DNA of 63,953 nucleotides, filler included. It is 5 parts of 5 records of this genome, joined end to end, with 100 filler letters (N's around TTAATTAATTAA, not from the genome) between each part and the next. Parts side by side here need not be neighbours in the genome. Positions count along the whole stretch, not along the records: positions 38,009 to 51,515 come from DRR723986_7129; positions 51,616 to 58,655 come from DRR723986_7139; positions 58,756 to 63,953 come from DRR723986_7250; 2 more parts are not named here. One strand, given 5' to 3'. Position 1 is the first letter of the stretch. Each line of letters opens with the position of its first letter. The position numbers and the translations under genes were made by a program. Shown piece after piece: positions 50,177-60,325 of this stretch. The notes below the pieces were generated by a model. It made no database searches, was not told where the DNA came from, and worked only from the letters and a program-made list of their open reading frames with translations.

Positions 50177-50839
50177 TCAGCGTGGGCTACGTTTGCCACG
50201 CCGGCCCGGCGAAGTTCGCGGCCTGGGTTTGCGCGTTTTAGCATTGCGTGTACTACCGCGCCCGGCCTTCGGAAATAACTTACGCTGCTCTGAAGTACTC
50301 AGTTCTACTATTCGCGATTGTCCGGGGGCCAAATCGTCGAGTGACCAAGGGCCAATGCTTGCCCGAATCAACCGAAGTGTTGGAAAGCCTACCGCTGCCG
50401 TCATACGGCGAACCTGCCGGTTTCTACCTTCGGTGATTTCCAGTGACAGCCAGCTGGTGGGAATCGCTGCGCGATAGCGCACCGGCGGTTGCCGGGGCCA
50501 CAGTCCGGCAGGCTCGTCCATCGCGTGCGCTAGCGCGGGCTGGGTCAGGCCGTCTTTTAGCTCCACACCATTTTGCAGGGCGTTAATTGCCGATTCATTG
50601 ATCTCACCCTCCACTTGTACCCAATAACATTTGCTAAGCTTGTGGTCGGGGTGGCTAATACGGTGCTGAAGTGAACCGTCTCCGGTGAGCACCATTAACC
50701 CCTCTGAGTCAAAATCCAGTCGGCCAGCGGGATAGATGGCGGGAATATCAATGTAATTCGCCAGCGTTTCGCGGTCGTCGCAGGGGGTAAATTGGCTCAT
50801 AACCCGAAAGGGCTTATTAAAAAGATAAAGAACTGTCAC
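50177..50839 (-). CDS. rluE: 23S rRNA pseudouridine synthase RluE
   Basis: Motifs FNKPFRVMSQFT, AGRLDFDSEGL, YWVQVEG and EGRNRQVRRMTA. Divergent from icd. Confidence 0.92.
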   Translation of the reverse strand: MTVLYLFNKPFRVMSQFTPCDDRETLANYIDIPAIYPAGRLDFDSEGLMVLTGDGSLQHRISHPDHKLSKCYWVQVEGEINESAINALQNGVELKDGLTQPALAHAMDEPAGLWPRQPPVRYRAAIPTSWLSLEITEGRNRQVRRMTAAVGFPTLRLIRASIGPWSLDDLAPGQSRIVELSTSEQRKLFPKAGRGSTRNAKTRKPRPRTSPGRRGKRSPR

Positions 50840-50877
50840 GGGAATCTAATATTCATGGAAGAAATTCGACTATAAAG

Positions 50878-50886
50878 TGTTATAAT
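50878..50886 (+). promoter_or_regulatory. Extended -10 sigma70 element upstream of icd
   Basis: TGTTATAAT (TGnTATAAT) followed by GC-rich GCGGCGC. Confidence 0.55.
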
Positions 50887-51023
50887 GCGGCGCTTTTTAA
50901 AGAAAGCTAGGCTTTAAAGCGCTCGCTGACCAGACTTGGAGGGGCGGCATTGTAGCAGCGACACTGCGCTGTTGCCGCCACCGAACGAGCTCAGATACTA
51001 ACCTATAAACCATGGAGTCAAAA

Positions 51024-51515
51024 ATGGGATACCAACATATCAAGGTACCTACAGAGGGTGAGAAAATCTCCGTTAATGCGGATCTTTCCCTGAACGTACC
51101 CGATCGGCCAATTATTCCTTTTATCGAAGGCGATGGCATCGGGATCGACATCACTCCGGTAATGATCAACGTTGTGGATGCAGCGGTTGAGAAAGCTTAC
51201 GCCGGCAATAAAAAAATCAGCTGGATGGAAATCTTCACTGGCGAAAAAGCCGCCGAGCTCTACGACGGCGACTGGTTCCCCGCAGAAACACTGGATGCCA
51301 TCAAAGAATACGTCGTGGCGATCAAAGGTCCACTAACTACCCCTGTTGGTGGTGGTTTCCGCTCTTTGAACGTTGCACTGCGCCAGGAACTGGACCTCTA
51401 CGTTTGTCAGCGCCCCGTTCGCTGGTTTGAAGGCGTTCCTTCTCCCGTTAAAGAGCCAGGCAAAACCAATATGGTGATCTTCCGTGAAAACTCGGAAGAC
51501 ATTTATGCGGGTATT
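51024..51515 (+). CDS. icd: NADP-dependent isocitrate dehydrogenase, 3'-truncated
   Basis: Motifs [33 protein letters not shown] and [13 protein letters not shown]. Confidence 0.97.
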
Positions 51516-51615
51516 NNNNNNNNNNNNNNNNNNNNNNNNNNNNNNNNNNNNNNNNNNNNTTAATTAATTAANNNNNNNNNNNNNNNNNNNNNNNNNNNNN
51601 NNNNNNNNNNNNNNN
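51516..51615. other. Artificial contig spacer
   Basis: N44-TTAATTAATTAA-N44. Confidence 0.99.
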
Positions 51616-52908
51616 AACGCCCTGTGACTTGCCGTTGGTGCCTTTGATGTAGGCGCCAAGGGCACGCACCGGGGTCCAGTCGTTACCCAGGCCGCCGGCA
51701 AACTTGGACAGCATGGCATTGTCGTGGATAGCCCCGTAGATGCCTGACAGGTCATCCGGCACCGTGGTGAGGTAACAGGACGACAGCTGTGGCCGCAGGG
51801 TGCCAGCATTGAACAGGGTCGGAGTCGAGCTCATGTAGTCGAAGGAAGACAGCAGGCGATAGAACTCGATAGCGCGGGCGTTGGGGTCGTCCTCGCGCAC
51901 GGAAAGCCCCATGGCCACCCGCATGAAGAAGATCTGCGGCAGCTCGAAGCGGACACCGTCGCTGTGGATGAAGTAACGGTCATACAGGGTCTGCAGGCCG
52001 AGATAGGTGAACTGCAGGTCGCGCTCCGGGAGCAGGGCCTCACCCAGTTGCTGGATGTCGAAGCTGGCCAGCTCGGGTGCGATCAGTTCCAGTGCAATGC
52101 CGCGCTCGATGTACGCTTCCAGAGCCTTGGCATACAGGGTGTCCATGTCGGCCTGGGTGGCGCTGTCGGCCACCCCGAGGAAGCTGAGCCCCTCGGCTCG
52201 CAGGTTATCGCACAGCAGGCGCGCTGCCGCGTAGCTGTAGTTGGGCTCCTGTTCGATCAGGGTACGGGCGGTGATTACCAGCGAGGTGCTGAGCTCCCCG
52301 GCGGTGACGCCGTCGTACAGGTTCTTCAGCGCCTCGTCGAGGATGCGGGTTTCGCTGACATCACTCAGGTTGCTGCAGGCCTCGGAGACGATGGTATGTA
52401 TCCGCTCAATATCCAGCGGAGCGCGGCTGCCATCCGGCTGGATGACGGTAATTGCGCCGGCGGCTTTCTGGGTTTCCGGTGACAGGGCGGCCTTCGCGGC
52501 CCGCTTGCGCGCCTGTTCCTCGCGGTAGATGACGTAATCCCGTGCGATCTTGTGCTCGCCGGCGCGCATCAGTGACAGCTCGACCTGATCCTGGATATCT
52601 TCAATATGAATGGTGCCGCCTGAGGGCATGCGCCGCTGGAAGGTCGCAGCCACTTGCTCGGTCAGCTTTGCCACCGTCTCGTGGATCCGGCTCGACGCGG
52701 CGGCGGTGCCGCCCTCTACCGCCAGGAAGGCCTTGGTGATGGCGACAGAAATCTTGCTTTCCTCAAACGATACGACGGTGCCGTTGCGTTTGATGACCCT
52801 CAGCTGCCCGGGCGCGGTGGCCGCTATACCGGCGGTTACCGGTGCTTGCTCGGGGGCAGTTTTGGGAGCGTCGGGGGTGATACCGGTCTGATTGGTCTCA
52901 GTTTGCAT
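51616..52908 (-). CDS. nrdA: Class Ia ribonucleoside-diphosphate reductase alpha subunit with two ATP-cone domains, 3'-truncated
   Basis: First cone VIKRNG...IQDQVELSLM, followed by a second cone-like region. LQTLYDRY and STPTLFNAGT..PQLSSCYL. GGAG RBS before ATG 52908. Confidence 0.96.
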
Positions 52909-53242
52909 TTCGTCTCCGAGTGATGGCGTCTGGCCTTTATTGTTGTTGGTTACCACAACAGCATGTTGTCCCTGGCCATTGCTTTGTTGCGGGCCGTCAT
53001 CAGCGACGGTTCGCGGGCCTGGGGGCCGGTGAACGGCGGAGCCACAGGGGCAGCGGCCGCATGAAGAGGGCCGTCTGGCGGTACCGGGCTGTTTGTCCCC
53101 AGGTCATATCCCCGGTGCCCGAAGGCAGTAGCGAGACCCAATGGCCGAGGGCCCCGCTCCGGAGCAATGAACTCCTGACTTATCGTCACACCCGCCGGAT
53201 TGTGTCCTGTAGTGGCGTTTTTGCTCGTTTTTTCGCCGCTAC

Positions 53243-53290
53243 ACCCTATATCTAGGGGTTCGTGGGTGACATGGGTACAAGATAATGCGC
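53243..53290. promoter_or_regulatory. Tandem NrdR boxes
   Basis: ACCCTATATCTAGGGG (53243-53258) and GTACAAGATAATGCGC (53275-53290), 32 bp apart, resemble acaCwAtATaTwGtgt upstream of nrdA. Confidence 0.85.
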
Positions 53291-53307
53291 TACCAGGGGC
53301 AATGCAA
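53279..53307 (-). promoter_or_regulatory. Sigma70 promoter of nrdA
   Basis: Minus strand TTGCAT-17 nt-TATCTT. The -10 overlaps an NrdR box. Confidence 0.65.
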
Positions 53308-53329
53308 GGGCATTACGCTGGGTTTATGC

Positions 53330-53349
53330 TGTGGATAAGGTGTGTGTAG
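53330..53349 (-). promoter_or_regulatory. DnaA boxes upstream of the nrdA promoter
   Basis: Perfect TTATCCACA (+ strand TGTGGATAA, 53330-53338) and a degenerate TGTGTGTAG 2 nt away. Confidence 0.7.
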
Positions 53350-53529
53350 CCGCTCCAGTCTGCGGCTACTAACCGCTCAGGCCAGCATTGGTGCGGGAGG
53401 GCTTCCCGGGAGGGCATTATCAGCGGGGGAATTCGGGCGGTTTTATTAATTTATTCTAAGAATACTGACTGATATTCGTCCTGGTTATTTAGCGCTTCCG
53501 CCGGCTGCGCGAGCCCGTCGGGCGGCCCT

Positions 53530-54441
53530 TCAGCGGGCCGCCAGCAGGGTTTCCATCAGCGCCTTCTGGGCGTGCAGCCGGTTCTCCGCCTCTTCCCAGA
53601 TAACCGTGTCAGGCCTGTCCATCAGACCGGCGCTGATTTCCTCGCCGCGGTGGGCGGGCAGGCAGTGCATGTACAGAGCGTCGGCTGCCGCGTGCTCCAT
53701 CAGGGCCTCGTTGACCTGGTAGGGCTGGAACAGCCGGACGCGCTCCTGCTGCTCGTCCTCCTGGCCCATCGAGGCCCAGACATCGGTTACTACCAGGTCA
53801 GCGCCGGCGACGGCGACCGCCGGGTCGCGCTCGATGTGCACCCGGTCGCGATTCGCCTCCAGCAGTGCTGCCTCGGGGTCGAAGCCGGCCGGGCAGGCCA
53901 CTGCGAGTTCGAAACCGAACTGGCGTGCGGCGTTGATATAGGACTGGCACATATTGTTGCCGTCTCCAACCCAGGCTACCTTGCGCCCGGCAATATCACC
54001 GCGCCGCTCGAACCAGGTCTGCATGTCGGCCAGCAACTGGCAGGGGTGGTAGCTGTCGGTCAGGGCGTTGATTACCGGTACGCTCGAGTGGCTGGCGAAG
54101 CGTTCGACGATGTCGTGACCGAAGGTACGGATCATGACCAGGTCGACCATTGACGAGATGACCCGGGCGCTGTCTTCCACCGGTTCGCCGCGACCGAGCT
54201 GGGTGTCCTGCGGCGACAGGAACATGCCGTGACCGCCAAGTTGGGCAATGCCGGCCTCGAAGGACACCCGGGTCCGGGTCGAGGATTTCTCGAAGATCAT
54301 GCCGAGCACCGCGCCGGGGAACTTGCGCTGGTCGACGCCCGCGCGCCGCTCCTGCTTCAGCTCGATGGCGCGGGCAATAATGGCCCGAAGTTCATCCGGG
54401 GAGAAGTCGAGGAGGGTCAGGAAGTGGCGGATATCAGCCAT
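53530..54441 (-). CDS. argF: Ornithine carbamoyltransferase
   Basis: Motifs [31 protein letters not shown] and [10 protein letters not shown]. Confidence 0.97.
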   Translation of the reverse strand: MADIRHFLTLLDFSPDELRAIIARAIELKQERRAGVDQRKFPGAVLGMIFEKSSTRTRVSFEAGIAQLGGHGMFLSPQDTQLGRGEPVEDSARVISSMVDLVMIRTFGHDIVERFASHSSVPVINALTDSYHPCQLLADMQTWFERRGDIAGRKVAWVGDGNNMCQSYINAARQFGFELAVACPAGFDPEAALLEANRDRVHIERDPAVAVAGADLVVTDVWASMGQEDEQQERVRLFQPYQVNEALMEHAAADALYMHCLPAHRGEEISAGLMDRPDTVIWEEAENRLHAQKALMETLLAAR

Positions 54442-55639
54442 GGGATTTTCCCTGGTCAGTCAGCGGGCTCTCTGCCGCAAATTCATTGATGAGGGCAGCC
54501 ATGCCGCTGCCCAGTTCGCGGGCCTGGTCGTCGCTCATGATAAGCGGCGGTAGCAGGCGGATGGTGTTGCCCGCGGTGACGTTGATCAAAAAGCCGGCCG
54601 CCAGAGCCCGCCCGACCAGTTCGCCGCAATCGCGCTGCAGCTCGATGCCCAGCATCAGGCCGCGGGAGCGGAACTCACGGATGCTGGCCGGATCCTCCAG
54701 GTTGTCGGTGACCGCTTCCCGCACCAGGTCGCCCAGCACGGTGGCCCGGCTGTACAGGTCGTCCTCGCGGATGCTGTCGATGACCGCCTGGGCGGCGGCG
54801 CAGGCCAGTGGGTTGCCGCCGTAGGTTGAGCCGTGGTGGCCGGCGCCGAAGACCGTCGCCGCCGCGCCCCGCGCCATGCAGGCGCCGATGGGCACGCCGT
54901 TACCCAGCCCTTTCGCCGTGGTCAGGACATCGGGGGTTACCTTGACACCCTGGAACGCGTAGTGGTGGCCAGTACGCCCGTTGCCGCACTGCACTTCATC
55001 GAACATCAGTAACCACTCGTGGTCGTCGCACAGGGCGCGCAGGCCCTGCAGGTAGTCCGCGGCGAGCGGGAAGATGCCGCCTTCGCCCTGGATCGGCTCC
55101 GCCAGCACGGCCACCACGTCCGGGTTGTTTTCAGCGATAAGGCGCAGGGCCTGCAGGTCATTCCGGGGCGCGCGGATAAAGCCGCTGACCAGGGGCTCGA
55201 AACCAGCCTGGATCTTGCGGTTGCCGGTCGCGCTGAGGGTGGCCAGGGTGCGGCCGTGGAAAGCGCTTTCCAGCACAATGATTGCCGGCCGTTCAATGCC
55301 TCGCTGGTGGCCGTACAGGCGGGCCAGTTTGATCGCGGCCTCATTGGCTTCCGCACCGGAGTTGCCGAAAAACAGGCGCTCCATGCCGGTGATCTCCGCC
55401 AGCGACTGGGCCAGTTTTTCCTGGGTCGCAATGTGATACAGGTTGGACGTGTGGAGCAGGCTGCCGGCCTGCCGCTGGATGGCCTCGGTTACCGCCGGGT
55501 GGGCGTGTCCCAGGTTGGTCACGCCGATACCGGAAATACCATCCAGGTAGCGGCGTCCATCCGTATCAATCAGGCAAGCGCCCTCCCCGTGGCTGAAGGT
55601 CACGGGCAAACGCGCGTAAGTTTGCATAAGTGCCGACAT
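54434..55639 (-). CDS. argD: Acetylornithine aminotransferase
   Basis: Motifs [38 protein letters not shown] and HGSTYGGNP. In an operon with argF. Confidence 0.92.
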   Translation of the reverse strand: MSALMQTYARLPVTFSHGEGACLIDTDGRRYLDGISGIGVTNLGHAHPAVTEAIQRQAGSLLHTSNLYHIATQEKLAQSLAEITGMERLFFGNSGAEANEAAIKLARLYGHQRGIERPAIIVLESAFHGRTLATLSATGNRKIQAGFEPLVSGFIRAPRNDLQALRLIAENNPDVVAVLAEPIQGEGGIFPLAADYLQGLRALCDDHEWLLMFDEVQCGNGRTGHHYAFQGVKVTPDVLTTAKGLGNGVPIGACMARGAAATVFGAGHHGSTYGGNPLACAAAQAVIDSIREDDLYSRATVLGDLVREAVTDNLEDPASIREFRSRGLMLGIELQRDCGELVGRALAAGFLINVTAGNTIRLLPPLIMSDDQARELGSGMAALINEFAAESPLTDQGKSHG

Positions 55640-55812
55640 GAGGCGGTCTCCCAGAAACGCAAAAAGGCAGCTGCGGCTGCCTCTGGAACGGAATCATAGC
55701 GGGAAATTTGGCGGCAGTGCAATCGACGCGGGGAACCGGGGCAAGCAATTCGTGGTCATAGCCGCTAGAATGGCTCGCCTTGTCGACAACCTTGGAATTG
55801 ATGGAACCGGGA

Positions 55813-56136
55813 ATGGACACTATTGAAACAATTAAAGACCAGATCGAGAGCAACCGCATTCTGCTGTATATGAAGGGTTCTCCGAACCAGCCGCAGTGTG
55901 GTTTCTCCGCCCGCACCGTGCAGGCGCTGATGGCCTGCGGTGAGCGCTTTGCCTACGTGGACATCCTGTCCAATCCGGAGATTCGCGCCAGCCTGCCGCA
56001 GTACGCCAACTGGCCGACCTTCCCGCAACTTTGGGTGGACGGCGAGCTGATTGGTGGCTGTGACATCGTGACCGAAATGTTTGAGACGGGAGAACTGCAA
56101 ACCCTGATCAAAGGCGCGGCCGCCGAGGCCGGCTGA
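55813..56136 (+). CDS. grxD: Monothiol glutaredoxin Grx4
   Basis: LYMKGSP..PQCGFS and WPTFPQL...GGCDI. Confidence 0.96.
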   Translation: MDTIETIKDQIESNRILLYMKGSPNQPQCGFSARTVQALMACGERFAYVDILSNPEIRASLPQYANWPTFPQLWVDGELIGGCDIVTEMFETGELQTLIKGAAAEAG

Positions 56137-56145
56137 GTGTACTGT

Positions 56146-56168
56146 CCGGGCGGCGAGTCGCCGCCCGG
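56146..56168. terminator. GC-rich palindrome between convergent grxD and bfr
   Basis: Perfect inverted repeat CCGGGCGGCGA-G-TCGCCGCCCGG with no U tract. Confidence 0.5.
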
Positions 56169-56185
56169 GCGTGTGCGTCAGGCCG

Positions 56186-56665
56186 CTAGGGCTTGACCGT
56201 TTGCATGGCCGTCTGCAGGTAGTTCTGCAGGCCGACTTTTTCGATCAGGCCCAGCTGGGTCTCCAGCCAGTCGATGTGCTCCTCCTCGGCATCAAGGATC
56301 TCCGTAAACAGGTCCCGCGATACAAAGTCTCCCACCGACTCGCAATGCGCAATGGCATCTTTCAGGTCCTTGTGTGCGAGGTGCTCCAGCTTCAGGTCAC
56401 ACTCCAGCATTTCCTGGGTGTTCTCACCGATGAAGAGTTTTCCCAGATCCTGCATATTGGGCAGGCCCTCGAGGAACAGGATGCGCTCGATGAGCTTGTC
56501 GGCGTGCTTCATCTCATCGATTGACTCGTGATACTCGTGCTCGCCCAGCTCCTTCAGACCCCAGTCCTTGTACATCCGCGCATGCAGGAAGTACTGGTTG
56601 ATGGCCACCAGCTCATTGGCCAGGACCTTGTTCAGGTATTCGATGACTTTGGCGTCGCCTTTCAT
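56186..56665 (-). CDS. bfr: Bacterioferritin
   Basis: Motifs [29 protein letters not shown] (heme Met) and [16 protein letters not shown]. Confidence 0.97.
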   Translation of the reverse strand: MKGDAKVIEYLNKVLANELVAINQYFLHARMYKDWGLKELGEHEYHESIDEMKHADKLIERILFLEGLPNMQDLGKLFIGENTQEMLECDLKLEHLAHKDLKDAIAHCESVGDFVSRDLFTEILDAEEEHIDWLETQLGLIEKVGLQNYLQTAMQTVKP

Positions 56666-56724
56666 GTTGGTGCTCCCGATTAAACGTGCGGGGATGATCG
56701 CGCATTGCACCCGAAAAGTCAACG

Positions 56725-56737
56725 TAACTTATTGATT
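56725..56737 (-). promoter_or_regulatory. IHF consensus site upstream of bfr
   Basis: Minus strand AATCAATAAGTTA is an exact match to WATCAANNNNTTR. Confidence 0.6.
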
Positions 56738-56749
56738 TTAAAAGTAATT

Positions 56750-56774
56750 TATAATGATAATCAGAGTGATTCTC
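56750..56774. promoter_or_regulatory. Overlapping Fur boxes upstream of bfr
   Basis: TATAATGATAATCAGAGTG and GATAATCAGAGTGATTCTC each match GATAATGATAATCATTATC at 14/19, offset by 6 nt. Confidence 0.7.
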
Positions 56775-56868
56775 ATCCCGATTAGCGCAGGTGATTAGAG
56801 CGCCAGGGGCTCTACCGGGGGGGCGGCAGGCGATAGCGGTGGTGACAGCGGGTGGCCGGGGGCCGGGA

Positions 56869-57072
56869 TTAGCTGATGGCGTAGAACAGTTGCTCGGCGT
56901 TGACCCGTGAGCCCAGGGATTCGCGCACGATTTCATTGGCGAGGATGCCGCACTTGCCGCACTGGCTGGCGACGCCCAGGGTGTTGCGCACCTCGCGGAT
57001 CGAGTTGGCGCCGTCCTGAACCGCGGCGCGGATCTGGGTGTCGGTGATGCCTTTACAGATGCAGACGTACAT
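56869..57072 (-). CDS. bfd: Bacterioferritin-associated ferredoxin
   Basis: MYVCICKGITD...GVASQCGKC, upstream of bfr. Confidence 0.95.
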   Translation of the reverse strand: MYVCICKGITDTQIRAAVQDGANSIREVRNTLGVASQCGKCGILANEIVRESLGSRVNAEQLFYAIS

Positions 57073-57111
57073 GGCGAACATCAGAAATAGGGTCGATGTT
57101 CAAAAGTTAAT

Positions 57112-57130
57112 GGGAATGAGAATGATTGTC
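57112..57130. promoter_or_regulatory. Fur box upstream of bfd
   Basis: GGGAATGAGAATGATTGTC matches the consensus at 14/19 and sits about 40 nt before the bfd start. Confidence 0.8.
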
Positions 57131-57140
57131 AACAAGATTC

Positions 57141-57767
57141 TCAACTGGAAATGTGCTGTTGCAGGCGCATCGCCACCAGCGGCAGCCGATCATTGCCGAA
57201 ATACATATCATCGCCGTTGATGAACATGGTCGGGGAGCCGTAACCGCCGCGGGCGATCAGGTCGTCGGTGTTGGCGCGCAGGGCATCCTTGTAGGACTGG
57301 GTCTCCACTGCCGCAAGCAGGGCCTCGGCGTCCAGGCCCAGGCCGGTAGCGAGCTCCCCCAGTACCGCAGCTTGGGAAATGTCGCGATTGTCACACCAGT
57401 AGGCCCGGAAGACCGCGTCTGACCAGGCAACAATGGCGTCCTGCTCCGCGGCATAGATGGCTCCGCGCATTGCCCTGGCGCTGTTGACCGGAAATACGTC
57501 GGGCTGGATCACCGAGACACCGCAGAGCTCCGCCCAGTCCGAGAGGTCCTTGAAATAGTGCTGCAGGCGCCGCTCGTTGCTGAACATGCTTTCGCGGGCG
57601 GCATACAGTTCCTTATTGACTGCGTTGAATACGCCGCCGACCAGGATTGGCCGCCACTGGATGGGCACCCCGAGGTTTTCCAGCAGCGGCACGACCCGGG
57701 TAAACGCGAAGAAAGTCCAGGGGCTGGAACAGTCATAGAAAAACTCAAACCGCGGTGCTTGGCTCAT
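57141..57767 (-). CDS. 2-hydroxychromene-2-carboxylate isomerase / kappa-GST (DsbA family)
   Basis: Motifs FFYDCSSPW, WRPILVGGVF, FPVNS and GSPTMFING..YFGNDRL. Confidence 0.88.
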   Translation of the reverse strand: MSQAPRFEFFYDCSSPWTFFAFTRVVPLLENLGVPIQWRPILVGGVFNAVNKELYAARESMFSNERRLQHYFKDLSDWAELCGVSVIQPDVFPVNSARAMRGAIYAAEQDAIVAWSDAVFRAYWCDNRDISQAAVLGELATGLGLDAEALLAAVETQSYKDALRANTDDLIARGGYGSPTMFINGDDMYFGNDRLPLVAMRLQQHISS

Positions 57768-57858
57768 ATAGGGGGCTCCTTGCAGGCGCTGCGAGCTTAG
57801 CACAAGGCCGGCGACCTTCGGGTATAATCGCCTCCCTTTGAATGTTTGCGGCAGCGGA

Positions 57859-58655
57859 ATGGATATCGAACACTACATGGCCGATCTTGGCAGCAGGGCG
57901 CGCGAGGCATCGCGACGGGTGGCGGCCGCCCCCACCGCCGCTCGCAATGCAGCCCTGCTGGCAGCGCGCGATGCCCTGGACGGCGCTCGCGATGCGCTGG
58001 CCGAGGCCAATGCCCGGGACATGGAGCGTGGTCGCGATAACGCCCTCGCTGCGCCCTTGCTCGACCGTCTGGAGCTCACGCCTGCCCGGATCGACGGCAT
58101 GCTGGAGGGACTGCGGCAGGTGGCCGAGTTGCCCGACCCGGTAGGCGCTATCAGTGATATGAAAACCATGCCCTCGGGTATCCAGGTAGGGCGGATGCGG
58201 GTGCCGCTGGGCGTGATCGGCATCATTTACGAGTCCCGCCCCAACGTGACCGTAGAGGCGGCCAGCCTGTGTCTGAAGTCCGGCAATGCCACCATCCTGC
58301 GTGGTGGGTCGGAAGCACTGGCCTCCAACTGCGCGATCGCCGCCTGTCTCGCCCAGGGCTTGCAGGCTGCGGGCCTGCCGGCCAGTGCGATCCAGGTGGT
58401 GGAGACGGCGGACCGGGCGGCGGTGGGTAGGCTCATCACCATGCCGGACTACGTGGACGTTATTGTGCCCCGGGGCGGCAAGGGCCTGATCGAGCGGATC
58501 AGCGCGGAGTCCCGGGTCCCGGTGATCAAGCACCTCGACGGTGTATGCCATGTGTTCATCGATAGCGGCGCCGACCTGGCGATGGCGCAGGCTATCGCCA
58601 TCAATGCCAAGACCCAGCGTTACGGCACCTGCAATACCATGGAAACCCTGCTGGT
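57859..58655 (+). CDS. proA: Gamma-glutamyl phosphate reductase, 3'-truncated
   Basis: Motifs [31 protein letters not shown] and [17 protein letters not shown]. Confidence 0.97.
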
Positions 58656-58755
58656 NNNNNNNNNNNNNNNNNNNNNNNNNNNNNNNNNNNNNNNNNNNNT
58701 TAATTAATTAANNNNNNNNNNNNNNNNNNNNNNNNNNNNNNNNNNNNNNNNNNNN
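58656..58755. other. Artificial contig spacer
   Basis: N44-TTAATTAATTAA-N44. Confidence 0.99.
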
Positions 58756-58788
58756 GTCAAGTACTCTATCCAACTGAGCTACCAGTCC
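58756..58788 (-). tRNA. 5' half of a tRNA, probably tRNA-Arg(ACG), cut at the anticodon loop
   Basis: Minus strand GGACTGGTAGCTCAGTTGGATAGAGTACTTGAC gives acceptor 5' strand, D-arm (with A20) and anticodon stem. The anticodon itself is absent, so identity is inferred from resemblance to Rhodobacteraceae tRNA-Arg. Confidence 0.8.
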
Positions 58789-58798
58789 GTGGAGGCGG

Positions 58799-58827
58799 GG
58801 TTTAGACTTGGTGCCGGGGCTTTGCAA
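58799..58827 (-). promoter_or_regulatory. Sigma70 promoter of the tRNA gene
   Basis: TTGCAA-17 nt-TAAACC, 10 nt upstream of the tRNA 5' end. Confidence 0.6.
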
Positions 58828-58913
58828 GGGCAAAAGTGAAAAAACTTTTCTTACCGGGAATTTACCCAAATTCACCCCAAGCGGCCACAGCGGCGCAAGC
58901 GGCCGCCGGGCGA

Positions 58914-60308
58914 TTATACGCTGTGCAAAACATCGCTGATGGGCAGGGTTATTTTGAAAACTGTGCCCGCATCGCTGCTGTCTTCCAGCGCCAGCTGCCC
59001 GCCATGGCCGCGCACCAATTCGGCCGAAATGGCCAGCCCCAGCCCCGAGCCGCCTTTGCGCGCACCGCCCTGAAAGGGGGTAAACAGATGTTGGCGCGCC
59101 TTGGCGGGCAGGCCGGGGCCGGTATCGGCCACACGGATCACCCATGCATCGGGCGCCTCTGCGGCAGAAATGCTGATCTCGCCCCCACTGCCCGATTGCG
59201 CCAGGGCCTGACGGGCATTGCGCACCAAATTGGACAGCACCCGATACATCTGCTCGGCATCGACCCGCACCATCATGGTGGCGGGCACGTCTGCTGCCAG
59301 GCTGATATCTTGCCCATCGGCGATGGCCAGCCGCTCGCTATCCAGCACATCGGCCACGATATCGGCCAAGGCCACGCGCGCCAGCCGCGGCGGGGGTTCT
59401 TCTGCTTTGCCAAAGGCCAGGGTAGATTCGGTTAGATGCACCGCGCGGGTGATCTGGTTGACCAGCTTGGGCGCCAGTCGCTGCACGCTGGGATCTGTGC
59501 TGGTTTCGATACGGTCGCCAAACAGCTGTGCTGATGTCAGGATATTGCGCAGATCGTGGCTGATTTTCGCCACCGCCTCGCCCAGCTGCGCCAAGCGTTG
59601 CTTTTGCTTTAACGCCCCGGTCAGGTCTTGCTGCATCTTGGCCAAGGCCTCTTCCGCCTCGCGCAGCTCGGTCACGCCGGCGCTGGGCATGATGATGCGC
59701 CGGGCATCTTCGGGGTTTTCCGCATAGCTTTGCACCGCCCGCACCACGCCTTTGATGGGGCGCACCAAAAACACCTGCACAGCCAGAAACAGCAGCACCG
59801 CCGTAAAAACCGAGATCACCGCCGACAAAGCCAAAATGCGCATGCCATAGCCCAGCATCGCATCGCGCAATGGGCCGGTTTGCATCGTGACCTCAATCAA
59901 CAACCCCGCTTCGCGCACCGGGTTGCCAATCACCCGGATCACCCGGTTTTCGCGGTTGGCAAGGCTGGCCATGGCATCGCGGATCAAGGCAAAGGCGCTG
60001 GCTTGGCGCAGGTCGTAGGTGGCATAAATGGGCTGGGGCACGGGAGATTGCAAAATCAGCTGGCGCAATTCGTTGCGGCGCAGCACCACGTTGAACACCT
60101 CGGCGTTGCGCAGCAATTCTGCCTCGAGATCGGCGCTGATCATATCATCGGCCAGCAGGGCCAGGCTGGCAATTTGCGCGCGCTCTAGCCGCGACAGCAG
60201 ATAATCTTCGCGGAACCGGGCGATCGAGGGCACGAAAATCAACACTTCGGCCAACATCACAAAGATGATGGTCAATACCAAGAACCGTCCCGACAGGGTG
60301 CGCAGCAT
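58914..60308 (-). CDS. Membrane-bound HAMP sensor histidine kinase
   Basis: Two TM segments, ISHDLRNIL H-box, NLVRNA, DTGPG and GSGLGLAIS. Confidence 0.92.
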   Translation of the reverse strand: MLRTLSGRFLVLTIIFVMLAEVLIFVPSIARFREDYLLSRLERAQIASLALLADDMISADLEAELLRNAEVFNVVLRRNELRQLILQSPVPQPIYATYDLRQASAFALIRDAMASLANRENRVIRVIGNPVREAGLLIEVTMQTGPLRDAMLGYGMRILALSAVISVFTAVLLFLAVQVFLVRPIKGVVRAVQSYAENPEDARRIIMPSAGVTELREAEEALAKMQQDLTGALKQKQRLAQLGEAVAKISHDLRNILTSAQLFGDRIETSTDPSVQRLAPKLVNQITRAVHLTESTLAFGKAEEPPPRLARVALADIVADVLDSERLAIADGQDISLAADVPATMMVRVDAEQMYRVLSNLVRNARQALAQSGSGGEISISAAEAPDAWVIRVADTGPGLPAKARQHLFTPFQGGARKGGSGLGLAISAELVRGHGGQLALEDSSDAGTVFKITLPISDVLHSV

Positions 60309-60325
60309 CTCTACCTCTGTTCTGG

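Noticed and set aside
52950-53189. 79-aa ORF in the nrdA leader as a leader peptide
   Set aside because: No clear RBS or recognisable sequence. Such ORFs are expected by chance at this GC content.
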